Shown: positions 56,764 to 57,867 of the stretch, piece by piece | Position numbering within the stretch: position 1 is the stretch's first letter | How the letters are laid out: the number at the start of each line of letters is the position of its first letter | Source of the DNA: an uncultured Nitrospirota bacterium | GTDB lineage: Bacteria; CG2-30-53-67 | Assembly (NCBI GenBank): GCA_945786985.1 | Contig: CALZGC010000103.1 | Location: 1-57,867 of the forward strand | Length of the DNA: 57,867 nt | Reading direction: 5' to 3' | Program-made: the position numbers and the translations under genes | Notes under the pieces: model-generated | What the model was told of the DNA's origin: nothing | What the model saw: only the letters and a program-made list of their open reading frames with translations | Databases searched by the model: none

Positions 56764-57491
56764 TGCTGCCGGTGATCGGTGTGACAGCGGATTTCGATGC
56801 AGCCGGCGGCGCAGCGCAGGATCCCCATTATTTCCTGCGGGAGCGCTACGCGGCCGCGGTCGAGGGGGCGGGCGGCATTCCGATCATCCTCCCCTACGTC
56901 GATGCAGCAGAGGCTGTTGGACAACTCCTTGAGCGGTTGAGCGGGGTAATGGTGACGGGCGGCAACTTCGATATCGACCCGTCCTATTATGGTGAGCGCT
57001 GCCAGGTGGCGCCGAGCACGGTTAAGGCGCGCCGCACCCACTTCGAAATGGAGATCACCCGCCAAGCCCTGGCACGGAACACCGCGCTTCTGGGGGTCTG
57101 CGGCGGAGAGCAAAATCTCAATGTCCTGCTGGGGGGTACCCTCTACCAGGATATCCGGGAACAGGTGCCGGGCGCCATGAATCACGAACGAAAGCAAGAA
57201 GCGGAGCCGCTGCACCGGGTGACGGTGGAGCCCGACACCCTGCTTTACCGAATCGTCGGGGCCGGGGTGCTTCGCGTCAACAGTTCCCACCACCAGGCAG
57301 TGAAGCGACTGGGCTCCGGCCTTCGCATCAATGCCCGCTCAGACGATGGCGTCATCGAAGGGATCGAAAGCGTGAAGCACCGCTTTGTCCTCGGTGTTCA
57401 GTGGCATCCCGAGTCCACTTTCGAAACCTCCCCCGACGGCCAACGGATCTTTGAGGCCTTCATCGATGCCGCGTCCCGAACCGTAAGCTGA
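56760..57491 (+). CDS. Gamma-glutamyl hydrolase, peptidase C26 (PuuD-like)
   Basis: GGNFDIDP..YG, LGVCGGEQ (nucleophile Cys), VNSSHHQ, VQWHPE. Confidence 0.9.
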   Translation: MMLPVIGVTADFDAAGGAAQDPHYFLRERYAAAVEGAGGIPIILPYVDAAEAVGQLLERLSGVMVTGGNFDIDPSYYGERCQVAPSTVKARRTHFEMEITRQALARNTALLGVCGGEQNLNVLLGGTLYQDIREQVPGAMNHERKQEAEPLHRVTVEPDTLLYRIVGAGVLRVNSSHHQAVKRLGSGLRINARSDDGVIEGIESVKHRFVLGVQWHPESTFETSPDGQRIFEAFIDAASRTVS

Positions 57492-57572
57492 CCTGGCACC
57501 CGCAAGGCAATCCCGCAAGTCCTTATCTTCTTGCGCCCCGGGACCGTTCCCCTGCCACGCCGTCTTTACATA

Positions 57573-57656
57573 AACCCGGATATTGCATGACTCAATCTAT
57601 TACGAGGCCGGACTTGTCACGGCGTAGCATTCTGCGAAGACGGATAGTCTGCCACA
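57573..57656. mobile_element. MITE-like repeat, copy D (left part with nested 32-bp unit; no right TIR in window)
   Basis: AACCCGGATATTGCATGACTCAATCTATTACGAGGCCGGA + the same 32-mer (57613-57644) + TAGTCTGCCACA, near-identical to copy C. Confidence 0.82.
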
Positions 57657-57867
57657 AGCGGCGTTACAGAAAATTTTCGGACTTGGTGGCCCTATTCGTA
57701 AATACGGTGGCACTCGAGTGCCGTAGCGCGCCCTCCTCTGCATTGTCTTTTCCCCGGCGAAGGACTTCCTTCACCGGGCCATTCTCCCGCTTCACTCTGA
57801 TTCATGCCGCCAGCGGCGGCGTATACATTAAGGTATCTTGGGATGCGCTCCCTGCGACGTACCGCAG

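Overview
GC-rich bacterial chromosomal window. Gene content and order (pgpA-cinA-thpR-recA-pilT-alaS, DUF4388 proteins, ruvX-mltG) suggest a deltaproteobacteria-like lineage, which is an inference. It is mostly housekeeping: yhaM, plsC, ribF, rsmI, a tRNA nucleotidyltransferase, recA, alaS, pyrE, ligA, yajQ, nagA, slt. I found no rRNA, tRNA, CRISPR array, prophage or transposase. Notable non-routine items: (1) a TPP-riboswitch thiamine operon with intact thiG/thiE/thiC, a HydG-type radical SAM enzyme (CX2CX22C) in the ThiH position, an internally deleted thiF, and an apparent thiS remnant whose middle is occupied by a 22x7-bp tandem repeat; (2) a promoter-driven, highly structured ~160-nt RNA at 15240-15397 that I cannot assign to a family; (3) a free-standing 6S-like RNA at 46594-46776; (4) four copies of a MITE-like element, two carrying a nested 32-bp palindromic unit; (5) a very divergent GlnE-like double nucleotidyltransferase directly behind yhaM; (6) a nagA-slt-D-aminoacylase-C26 hydrolase operon that looks like a peptidoglycan-recycling module; (7) a DUF4388-TPR gene split by one in-frame TAG; (8) a sigma54-preceded protein with a variant PEP-CTERM tail. 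All calls are by eye from motifs; no searches were run.
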